Shown: positions 53,804 through 61,840 of the stretch, one piece after another
Numbering within the stretch: the stretch's first letter is position 1
How the letters are laid out: each line of letters begins with the position of its first letter
DNA from: an uncultured Armatimonadetes bacterium
GTDB taxonomy: Bacteria > Armatimonadota > Hebobacteria > Hebobacterales > Hebobacteraceae
NCBI GenBank assembly: GCA_963716175.1
Contig: OY970296.1
Location: 309,302 to 373,301, forward strand
Length of the DNA stretch: 64,000 nucleotides
Reading direction: 5' to 3'
Notes under the pieces: model-generated
What the model saw: only the letters and a program-made list of their open reading frames with translations
Database searches by the model: none
What the model was told of the DNA's origin: nothing
Translations under genes and position numbers: made by a program

Positions 53804-55489
53804 ATGACTCAGGTCGAGAAGTACGATCCATCATTCTGGGTGTTCGGCTACGGACACCCCGAGCATCTGCAGCTCATCAAGGACCTGGGGTTTATGGGCG
53901 TAGGATTTTGGGCTGCTGACCGCGATGGCGAACGCATCAAGTACTACTTCGATTCGCCGACGCTGCGGCGGTTCGACTGGGCCACGCGGTCCCAGGAGCG
54001 GCCCAACCTCAGCGAATACGCGGCGCAGGCGCACGCCGCCGGCCTGAAAGTGATGGCCAATATGGAGGGTGTAAACCCCTACCACTGGGAGGCCGGTCGG
54101 AAGAACTGGACGCCCGAGATCATCGGCAGCGTGATGGCCGACTTGCACAACGACGGCGCCGACCGCTGGTTCACAGAGTGCGCTGCAGGCTGGCCCTCGT
54201 TGTTCTTTGCGCTGGCCGACACCGGCCGGAAGATCGGCATGGAGTACCAGGAGGGAGACGACCCCTCCTACCTCTACTACTCTGACTCTGAGACCGGGCA
54301 GCAGGGCTTCACTGACGTGTACCGTCGCGGCCATATGGTCAGCATGTACCACTACCAGTACCGGCGTGACGAGATCGGCAAACAGGCAAGCCTCGCGCAG
54401 GAAGGATCCCTGGCCTACGGTTTCGCCCGTGACTGGGGCCTGCCGACGGTCATGGTCTACCCGGTCGGGCACAACTGGGGCGAGCTGCCGGAGTACTGGG
54501 AGGGAATTCTCAAGCCCAGCATCGCCATCCGCGCCCTCCAGTTCCGGGTCCGCGACATCATGCTCATCGGCCTCGATGACGAGAAGGCGCGGCTGGTAGA
54601 TATCGCTGGCGTGAAGCAGTGGGTTTCCCACCTGGTGGAGAGGAACGCGCAAGAGAAGAGACCGGTGCTGAACGTCGTCGCCCATCTGAGGAGGGGCGAG
54701 GGCGAGCACTGGCGCGACTTCGCCAGCTCCGGCGATGCGATCACCAGTGGGGCCTTCCATGCGGGATGGAACGTGGTGGCGAGCACGGAGCCGCTGGCCG
54801 CTGCGGACGCCTACTACGTCTACACCGCGGGCAACGACGCGCAGGGGACGCTCGACCTCACGGCCGAGATCGCCAAGCTGTTTGAGGGCAGCAAGCCGGT
54901 CTTCCTTCAGATCGGGTCCGACATCCCCAGCGGAGGCGACTTGACACCCAACTGGCGCCGGGCTCTGGCTGCCTGCGGCGTGAAGCCGGAGGCGACGTTC
55001 AGCTATGATGACATGCCGGCAAGCGGGACCTACAAGGGCGCTCCCTTCACCTACACCGGCATCTTCACCGCTTACGAGGTGACAGAGCGGCGGCATGGGA
55101 CGCTGATCCCGCGCTCGGCGGTGACCGGGAGCATCGCCGCGGAGGGCGACGGCGTCCCGCTCATCATCAGCGCTGGGAACAAGCACCTGATCCCTGCGAA
55201 CTGCATCCGGTGGCAGGTCATGTATCCGATCAGCGATTTGCTGGCGGGATGCGGAGTGCGCGCTTCCTCGGACGTATGGGGGATTGCGGGAGAGCAGGTA
55301 ACAGTGCTCTTGGCGACGCACGACACCGAGCTTGATATGGTCATCCCGGGACTGGCGAAGGGCGCCAAGATCCGGGTCACGCAGTGGGACAGGCTCCACC
55401 AGATCACATATCAGGACACCGTCACCTACACTGGCTCATACCACAGGAGCATGAAGCAGTTCGATTCGATTGTCTTGGAGGCGCTCTGA
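53804..55489 (+). CDS. Hypothetical protein (possibly glycoside-hydrolase-like barrel)
   Basis: Long ORF with GC3-rich codons. ATG 53804 has GAAGGAG 6 nt upstream. An alternative start at 53699 would add a signal-like helix. No recognisable catalytic motif. Confidence 0.45.
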   Translation: MTQVEKYDPSFWVFGYGHPEHLQLIKDLGFMGVGFWAADRDGERIKYYFDSPTLRRFDWATRSQERPNLSEYAAQAHAAGLKVMANMEGVNPYHWEAGRKNWTPEIIGSVMADLHNDGADRWFTECAAGWPSLFFALADTGRKIGMEYQEGDDPSYLYYSDSETGQQGFTDVYRRGHMVSMYHYQYRRDEIGKQASLAQEGSLAYGFARDWGLPTVMVYPVGHNWGELPEYWEGILKPSIAIRALQFRVRDIMLIGLDDEKARLVDIAGVKQWVSHLVERNAQEKRPVLNVVAHLRRGEGEHWRDFASSGDAITSGAFHAGWNVVASTEPLAAADAYYVYTAGNDAQGTLDLTAEIAKLFEGSKPVFLQIGSDIPSGGDLTPNWRRALAACGVKPEATFSYDDMPASGTYKGAPFTYTGIFTAYEVTERRHGTLIPRSAVTGSIAAEGDGVPLIISAGNKHLIPANCIRWQVMYPISDLLAGCGVRASSDVWGIAGEQVTVLLATHDTELDMVIPGLAKGAKIRVTQWDRLHQITYQDTVTYTGSYHRSMKQFDSIVLEAL

Positions 55490-55655
55490 GCTGCGGCCTG
55501 CGACGATCCAGAGGTCAGGCCGTGGCCTGTGACGATCTGCTGGCCATCCCCGGTACAGGGAACGAGCTTACCTGCAACTCAGAGGAGTGCCCGAGGACCC
55601 CCGGTTATCTGCGCGCGCGAATGGCGGCCCAAAAAGGAGGAACGGGAGGAAACCG

Positions 55656-56810
55656 ATGAGCGCTCAGAAGATGTTGGTCAGTGCTGTAGTTGTGCTGCTG
55701 GCTGTGGCCGGATCAGGGTTCGCACAGGGCGGCGGGCGCATGGGCCGCGGCGGTCGCGGCGGCTTCGGTCCGGGCAGCGGCGGTGGCCCCGGCGGGCCCT
55801 TCGACCCGGCACAGATGCGTCAGGCCTTGATGGCAGCAGGCGCGACCGAGGCCGACCTGGCGGCTATCGAGAGCTACCGCACGGCCCAGCGTAGCGCCAT
55901 GGATCCGCTGATGCAGGCGATGCTAGGCCTACAGGAAGCAGCAGGAAAGAGCGCCACGAACGAGCAGGCGACGCAGGCTGTGAGTAAGTACGAGGCGCTG
56001 AAGGCGAGCACGCTGACGCAACTGGCGAAGGCCGACGAAGGTCTCAGAGCGCAGCTTCGGCTATCGGCCAGGCCGAAGCTGCATGCTGCCTTGCTGGGGA
56101 TGGGCGTGCTCGATGACGGCCTGAGAGGGTTCGGAGGCATGAGAGGCGGCCGGCCGGGCCCGCCAGGTGGATTTGGCGGACGCGGGGGCCGCATGGGTGG
56201 CCCTGGTATGAACCGGGGGGCTTCACCTTCCTTTGACAGCCAAACGCTCCCGAACACAGACGCGGAGAAGACGATCCTGGCCGTGATCCAGGACCTGGAG
56301 GCGGGCCCACGGATGGAGAACGTCCCGCCCGAGGACGGCAGGCTGCTGCGGGTTCTGACGGAGGCAATCGGAGCCAAGCACGCGGTCGAGATCGGCACTT
56401 CCAACGGGTACTCGGCCCTCTGGCTCTCCCTGGCGCTACGGGACACGGGCGGGAAGCTGACCACGCATGAGATAGACCCCGAGCGCGCCGCTCTGGCCCG
56501 GGAGAACTTCGAGCGCGCTGGCGTTGGCGACATCGTCACCGTCGTTGAGGGCGATGCTCACGAGACGGTGACGAGGATCAAGGAGCCGGTTGACTTGCTG
56601 TTCCTTGATGCCGACAAGGAAGGCTACCTTGATTACCTGAACAAGCTTCTGCCGGTGGTGCGTCGCGGTGGGCTGGTGGTGGCCCATAACATGAACCCGG
56701 CGCAGGCAGATCCGCGGTACGTTGCTGCCATCACCGAGAACCCAGCGCTAGAGACGATCTTCCTGCACATGGAGGGAATGGGTGTCGGCGTGACTCTCAA
56801 GAAGGACTGA
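55656..56810 (+). CDS. Exported protein: signal peptide, RGG/Gly-rich segments flanking a helical region, C-terminal class I O-methyltransferase (family 3/COMT-like)
   Basis: Signal peptide MSAQKMLVSAVVVLLAVAGSGFAQ. Gly-rich segments GGGRMGRGGRGGFGPGSGGGPGG and GFGGMRGGRPGPPGGFGGRGGRMGGPG. Methyltransferase part VEIGTSNGYSALWLSLAL...LFLDADKEGYLDYL...GGLVVAHN. Confidence 0.7.
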   Translation: MSAQKMLVSAVVVLLAVAGSGFAQGGGRMGRGGRGGFGPGSGGGPGGPFDPAQMRQALMAAGATEADLAAIESYRTAQRSAMDPLMQAMLGLQEAAGKSATNEQATQAVSKYEALKASTLTQLAKADEGLRAQLRLSARPKLHAALLGMGVLDDGLRGFGGMRGGRPGPPGGFGGRGGRMGGPGMNRGASPSFDSQTLPNTDAEKTILAVIQDLEAGPRMENVPPEDGRLLRVLTEAIGAKHAVEIGTSNGYSALWLSLALRDTGGKLTTHEIDPERAALARENFERAGVGDIVTVVEGDAHETVTRIKEPVDLLFLDADKEGYLDYLNKLLPVVRRGGLVVAHNMNPAQADPRYVAAITENPALETIFLHMEGMGVGVTLKKD

Positions 56811-56867
56811 GGATCGGCCGCAGCGCACCGGGCGGGCAACCGTGCCCACCGCTATCTGGTGTCCACA

Positions 56868-57710
56868 CTACGTCGGCGGGTGCTCTTCCCCCGGAATCCC
56901 CACCGCATCCGCGGGGCACTGCCGGCAGAGCCGGAACTGCTTGATGATGCGCTCGCACTGCAAGCGTGTCTCGCGCAGTTCATGGCAAGATGGAGGTGCG
57001 AGATGCCTGAACCTCCCCAGTGGGATGAGCGGGGTGATGTTCTGTATGTGGGCACCGAGTCTGCTGACCACCCCGGCCACCTTCTCCAGATGTCCGCCGT
57101 CGTTCAGCCCTGGAAGGAGGATGCTGTTAACCTTGATCGCGAATCCCAATGCGGCTGCCTTTTCCAGCCCGGCGAGTTGGCTCTCCAGCAGGGCCTTCGC
57201 TCCTTCCAGGCCCGTTAGCCTCTTGCCACCATGCTCGACGTAGGCATAGATCCTTTCGCCGATCGTGGGGTCAACGGTGTTCATCGTAACCGTCAGTGTC
57301 CGCACCCCCAGATCCCACAACTGTTCTGAGCGCTCGCACAGCAGCAATCCATTGGTGCTCACGCACAGCATCAAGGCAGGATAGCGGGCGCTGACCAGCT
57401 GCAGTGTCTCGAAGGTGCTGGATTGGCAGAGAGGCTCCCCTGGCCCCGCAATCCCGACCACTGCCAGGCTGGCATCATGCGCCAGGTACTGGTCTAGTCG
57501 TCGCAGCGCCTCCTCCGGGGTCAGGACCCTGTCGGCTACAGCGGGACGGTAGCTGTGGTAGGTCTTCCCCCCGATCTCCCGCTCGCAGTAGTTACAGCCG
57601 AGGTTGCAGTCCGGGGCCACAGGCAGATGCATCCTGCCATACCGGAAGTGAGCCGAAGGCGAGTAGCAGGGGTGCTTGTCCAGATTCACCACGGCAGCGC
57701 TTCTCGTCAT
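56868..57710 (-). CDS. NifB-like radical SAM protein (core domain only)
   Basis: Translation has KHPCYSPSAHFRYGRMHLPVAPDCNLGCNYCEREIGG...VVGIAGPGEPL...VSTNGLLL...TVTMNTVDP, closely following the NifB radical-SAM domain pattern. It is 280 aa with no NifX-like extension. Confidence 0.85.
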   Translation of the reverse strand: MTRSAAVVNLDKHPCYSPSAHFRYGRMHLPVAPDCNLGCNYCEREIGGKTYHSYRPAVADRVLTPEEALRRLDQYLAHDASLAVVGIAGPGEPLCQSSTFETLQLVSARYPALMLCVSTNGLLLCERSEQLWDLGVRTLTVTMNTVDPTIGERIYAYVEHGGKRLTGLEGAKALLESQLAGLEKAAALGFAIKVNSILLPGLNDGGHLEKVAGVVSRLGAHIQNITPLIPLGRFRHLAPPSCHELRETRLQCERIIKQFRLCRQCPADAVGIPGEEHPPT

Positions 57711-57752
57711 CTGCCGGCCTCGTCGTAGGCCTCTCTCATTGCCGGTAAGTGC

Positions 57753-58610
57753 TCAACCGGGTAGACCATCGGTGTGCGCATAGACTGACTGGTAGAGCAC
57801 CTCCAGGTCAGACCACTCCATGGGGGTTGGGATGACGCGGATTTCATTGTCCAGCACCGCGTCTGCAAGCCGGCGGAAGTTCCCCGCGGCGAAGGAGTCA
57901 GGCAGGGCCTCCATCACCGTCTTCCCGTGGACCTCGCACATCTGGATATCCTGGCTGCGAGGGATAGAGCAGACCAGAGTGCATCCCAACTTGGAGGCGA
58001 AGTGCTCCAGCAAGCGGTTCTCGTAAGCTTCCTCCCCGCGGTGATTGCAGATGATGCCGGCCAACCGGGACGGACTGTGCTGGGCAAGGCGAGCAATCCC
58101 TCGCGCGATGTTGTTCGCCGCGTAGAGGCTCATGAATTCCCCGGTGCAGACCAGGTAGATCTCGCGAGCGTACCCCATCCGAATCGGCTGAGCAAAGCCG
58201 CCGCACACCACATCCCCTAGCACGTCGTAGAGCACCACGTCCAACTGGTAACGGTCAAACGCACCTTTGTCCTTGAGGTAGGAGATAGCAGTGAGCACCC
58301 CTCGCCCCGCGCATCCGATGCCAGGCTCCGGGCCACCGGACTCCACGCACTTGACGCCCTGGTACCCCTCGAACACAACTCCTTCCAGAGGGACTGTCTC
58401 CGCGTCTTTTCCGGCCGCCAGCTGGTCGCGCATCCGGTCCAGGACGGAAGGGATCATCCGGCCGCCGGTGAGATTGCGGGTCGAGTCTCGCTTTGGGTCG
58501 CACCCGATCTGCATCACCTTGCATCCGCGCTCGGCGAAGGCGACGGAGAGGTTTGCGGTGATGGTGCTCTTCCCAATGCCGCCTTTCCCATAGATCGCGA
58601 TCTGTCTCAT
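57753..58610 (-). CDS. NifH-like ATP-dependent reductase (nitrogenase iron protein family)
   Basis: Translation has MRQIAIYGKGGIGKSTITANL, MQIGCDPKRDSTR, EPGIGCAGRGVLTAI, YDVLGDVVCGGFAQPIR and EFMSLYAANNIARGI. The ATG lies 2 nt after the upstream stop (TGAGGATG). The 71-codon 5' extension in the track overlaps the upstream gene. Confidence 0.9.
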   Translation of the reverse strand: MRQIAIYGKGGIGKSTITANLSVAFAERGCKVMQIGCDPKRDSTRNLTGGRMIPSVLDRMRDQLAAGKDAETVPLEGVVFEGYQGVKCVESGGPEPGIGCAGRGVLTAISYLKDKGAFDRYQLDVVLYDVLGDVVCGGFAQPIRMGYAREIYLVCTGEFMSLYAANNIARGIARLAQHSPSRLAGIICNHRGEEAYENRLLEHFASKLGCTLVCSIPRSQDIQMCEVHGKTVMEALPDSFAAGNFRRLADAVLDNEIRVIPTPMEWSDLEVLYQSVYAHTDGLPG

Positions 58611-58612
58611 CC

Positions 58613-59941
58613 TCACCACTTGGATCGGTACCTCTTTTCGCGGGAGCGCCACCGCTGTTGGTGGTCGTTCTCTAGGATCTCCAGCAGATGCAGCAGACCC
58701 TCGTACCCGAAGTAGGGCCGGTCGGTCATATAGAAGCGATCCGTCGGGGAGATGACGTTGAAAGAGAACGGAATGCCCAGCTCTTGAGCGAGGTGGTGTT
58801 CGACCATGCTGCCAAACACGCATGCAGGCTTGCTCTCCCTCAGGCCTTGCTTGACGTCGTAGGCGTCCGCGTCGAGGGTCACGGGAGTGGCAAGCGTGAG
58901 CTCTTCGAGCTCACGCTTGAGAATGGAACGGGCGGTCTCATCGGACGATCTCAGGAAGATCGAACAGGGTATCGCCTCCAGGTCCTCCATGATCAGCCGG
59001 ACTAGCGGGATGCCAACAGTCGCGTCCGCTACGATCGCGGCCTCCACCCGGTGGAAGAAAGCAATCCCGGGACCGCGCAACCGGATGGCGCAGATGACCT
59101 GCTCGTGGCCTTCCTCAATCAGCTCCTGCGCCGTCTGCTCCGCGCCAAATCGCTGGCCCAGGGCCTCCAGCCATCTTCTCGTGTTCGACAGCCCAATGGG
59201 GAGCGGTATCTGCCGGCAGACCGGCTCGATGTCGTATCGTTCGGCAAGCTTGTCGGCGATCCCCCCGCCGGCATCATGGCTCAGCAGGAGACTGGTCTCG
59301 GCCGACGGAGTGCGGGCGATCCCCTCCATGTCCTGCAGATGGGTCAAGACGCTGACTACGGTGACTCCCATTTCAGCGAGCACCCCTCGCACCCAGGCCA
59401 GATCGGCATGCCACGTCGGATTCGCGCTGGCATGAGGGGCAATCAGCGTGACTGAGTTCTTAACCTTTCCCCCGCTATCGCGCGCAGCGAAGTCCAGCAG
59501 CTTTCCCAGCGCCAGGTCAATCCCCTGGTATTCGTCTCCCCGAAAGCCCGCGCACTCGATCGGCAGGATCTGCGCGCTGGACTCCGGAGCCATCAGCTCT
59601 GCGACTGCGGCGATGTCGTCGCCGACGACCTCCGGCCCGCAAGCGGAGAGGATGAACAGATAGGGCATGCCATAGGCCTCAGCGTCTCGGATGGTCTCCT
59701 TGAGCCGCTCCTCTCCCCCGTACACGATCTCCTTCTCGCAGAGCTTCGAAGAAACGACATGGGCCTCGGAGAAGTCCACATGCTGGCTGGCGAGCGCGTT
59801 GCCGATGAGGCCGTGGCAGCCTTGGGGACAGTGCAGGACAATGCAGGCGTCTCGGATCCCAGCCACCGTCTTGGCCGCTCCTGCGAAAGCGCACCGGAGG
59901 TAGGGGTCCAGGCAGCTCCGCTCTGTGGGGTTCTCTGGCAT
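58613..59941 (-). CDS. Nitrogenase NifK/NifN-family (beta-type) component-1-like subunit
   Basis: 442 aa. Cys17 (RCAFAGA), Cys42 (VLHCPQGC) and Cys101 (ILSACGPEVVGDD) are spaced 25/59, as in the NifK P-cluster ligands. Confidence 0.8.
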   Translation of the reverse strand: MPENPTERSCLDPYLRCAFAGAAKTVAGIRDACIVLHCPQGCHGLIGNALASQHVDFSEAHVVSSKLCEKEIVYGGEERLKETIRDAEAYGMPYLFILSACGPEVVGDDIAAVAELMAPESSAQILPIECAGFRGDEYQGIDLALGKLLDFAARDSGGKVKNSVTLIAPHASANPTWHADLAWVRGVLAEMGVTVVSVLTHLQDMEGIARTPSAETSLLLSHDAGGGIADKLAERYDIEPVCRQIPLPIGLSNTRRWLEALGQRFGAEQTAQELIEEGHEQVICAIRLRGPGIAFFHRVEAAIVADATVGIPLVRLIMEDLEAIPCSIFLRSSDETARSILKRELEELTLATPVTLDADAYDVKQGLRESKPACVFGSMVEHHLAQELGIPFSFNVISPTDRFYMTDRPYFGYEGLLHLLEILENDHQQRWRSREKRYRSKW

Positions 59942-59976
59942 GGGCCTTCTCTGGATCCGGGAGATCGGTCAGCTCG

Positions 59977-61641
59977 CTACCACAGGTCCCCGTGCACTGC
60001 GATGCCGTACATTGCCTGCCGCATCAAGCCAGAGCGAGGCCGATCGGCGTGCTTTATCGCCGAGGCGGCGCGGCGAGCGATGTTCTGTACGCCAGTGAAG
60101 CCGAAGTGAGGGAAGGCGATCTCGGTGTCCAGGTTGACCACCGGGACGCCGGGGAACCGCAACGGGCTGCCGAAGTAGACGAAATCGTCCGCTCCGCCGA
60201 TGAAAGCCTCCAGCTCGTCCTGCGTCTGCTTGGAGACTTCGTAGCTGCCCATCTCAAAGGCGCCTTTAGTGAGCACGACTTCCGGATTCTCTCCACTGTC
60301 GAGCAAGAACCGAACCGCCGCCTTCCGCTCCCGCAGGGTATACGGGTGCATGTTGAAGATCACGGCTTGCATGCCGAATTCGGCCGCCATCCGGGCGAGC
60401 GCGATGGACCGCATGGGCCCGGTCTCTATCAAGGCCGTCCGACCTTGGAGCAAGGACCTAGCCTCCCTCAAGTCGGGCTCGATGCGCTCGGCCTCACGAG
60501 CTGTGAACTCGCGCGCCTGATCGTCCAGGCCCAAGGGCTCGGCAATCTTGCGAACCCAGTCCATGGTGGCTCCCATCCCGTAGGGGAGCCCGGATTCGCA
60601 GAAGGGAATCCCAAACCGCTCCTTCATGAGCAAGCCGATGCGCCTGCCCCAATCGAAGCACCAGGACGTGTTCAACGCCGCGCAGGGAGCACGTCTGACC
60701 TGTTCCAGGGTACAACCACCCGCCACTACACTGTGCAGCTTGGCCCCGAACTGGGAGAGGATGAGCTGCAGCTCCTCGATGTCCTCCCGGATCTCCGTGT
60801 ATGGGGGGCCCGCTCGCGCGCCGACGATGTTCACGCTGTGCGGAATGGTCTCTGTGGGAGGCTCCATCAGATCCACAATGACGCGGAAGGCCTGCTCGTG
60901 CCCACTTCGGAAGTCGCCCCCAAATCCCTCGCTGCGGATGGTCGTGATCTCCGCCTTCACCTGCCCCCGCATCTGCCGGGCGATCCCCTCGACGTCATCC
61001 CCAGTGATTCCGGGGCAGCAAGTGCTCATCACCACGATGAGATCCGGGCAGTACTTCTGGTCCACCTCCAAGATGGCCCGGGCGAGCTTGCCTTCGCCGC
61101 CAAAAACGACGTGACTCTCGTTCAGTGCAGTGCATACCGTGGGTTCGTAGGGCCGGCCGCGGTATTGACAGCCTGCGACCCTAAGGCCCCGAATGGAGTA
61201 GGTGCACCCGCGCGGGCCGTGCACGATCGGCACCACGTTGTTGATCCCGCTGATCACTGTAGCCGCGGTCTGGAACTTGCAGGGGGGCGCGTGAGAGGCC
61301 TGTAGCTGGGAGGAGAGCTCGCCGGCCTCCACCCTTCGCAGGTACTCATCCAGCCTGCCCTGAAACACGATGTAATCCGTTTCCGCCACGTCACTGATAC
61401 TAGACCCTTTGGACCTGCGAAGCAAGGACTGATTCCGCCCGCGCTGCCAACCCGCGGTCTCCCGCCCATGCCCGCACGGTGCTAGACGCCCATTGCTGTA
61501 ACCACGGCAAGCAACGCATCCGCATCTGCCCCAGAGCCACGTCGCCTTGACAGAAGTCCTGCCACCGGCTACCCTTGGCCCGTCTGGTCGAGGCAAGTCA
61601 GGCGGGAGTGGGAAGGTGGCTGCCGCATTGGCTGTGCTCAT
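59977..61641 (-). CDS. Nitrogenase NifD/NifE-family (alpha-type) component-1-like subunit
   Basis: Cys121 (PPCKF), Cys146 (VHGPRGC), Cys208 (MSTCCPGITGDD) and Cys328 (SWCFDWGRRIGLLMKERFGIPF). The true start may be internal (e.g. GTG ~61389), because the first ~90 codons look atypical. Confidence 0.8.
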   Translation of the reverse strand: MSTANAAATFPLPPDLPRPDGPRVAGGRTSVKATWLWGRCGCVACRGYSNGRLAPCGHGRETAGWQRGRNQSLLRRSKGSSISDVAETDYIVFQGRLDEYLRRVEAGELSSQLQASHAPPCKFQTAATVISGINNVVPIVHGPRGCTYSIRGLRVAGCQYRGRPYEPTVCTALNESHVVFGGEGKLARAILEVDQKYCPDLIVVMSTCCPGITGDDVEGIARQMRGQVKAEITTIRSEGFGGDFRSGHEQAFRVIVDLMEPPTETIPHSVNIVGARAGPPYTEIREDIEELQLILSQFGAKLHSVVAGGCTLEQVRRAPCAALNTSWCFDWGRRIGLLMKERFGIPFCESGLPYGMGATMDWVRKIAEPLGLDDQAREFTAREAERIEPDLREARSLLQGRTALIETGPMRSIALARMAAEFGMQAVIFNMHPYTLRERKAAVRFLLDSGENPEVVLTKGAFEMGSYEVSKQTQDELEAFIGGADDFVYFGSPLRFPGVPVVNLDTEIAFPHFGFTGVQNIARRAASAIKHADRPRSGLMRQAMYGIAVHGDLW

Positions 61642-61766
61642 GCTTCTTGCACCGGTCTCCTCAGCAGTGTCGAGGCGCGCCTTCCTGGCGCGCCTTTTCT
61701 AGTGGCCCTGCGCAGAGAACAGACCGCGGCTGCGTTGCTCCATACAGCCGGGTACGCATGGACGAG

Positions 61767-61778
61767 GAAAGGAGGTGA
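61767..61778 (+). promoter_or_regulatory. Conserved purine box, copy D: GAAAGGAGGTGA
   Basis: It lies 74 nt upstream of ATG 61841. Confidence 0.5.
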
Positions 61779-61840
61779 AGCGAAGCCCTGTGTCGCGTGA
61801 CATGTCGTAGCTGCAAGCAAGAGAGGAGGTCTGAGAGACC

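Noticed and set aside
57753-58823. 356-aa version of the NifH-like ORF, with a 71-codon N-terminal extension.
   Set aside because: The extension overlaps the 3' end of the K-like gene in another frame and has no NifH similarity. MRQIAIYGKGGIGKST at 58610 is the canonical N-terminus and follows the upstream stop by 2 nt.
59992-61305. 437-aa plus-strand ORF antisense to the D-like nitrogenase gene. Similar long antisense ORFs are at 39223-40416, 42520-43953, 44279-45172, 47921-48910, 50808-51737, 53831-55399, 16052-16783 and 17895-18788.
   Set aside because: Each lies entirely opposite a gene with clear family motifs. Their translations are Arg/Pro/Gly/His-rich with no recognisable motifs. Long stop-free antisense frames are expected in GC-rich DNA.
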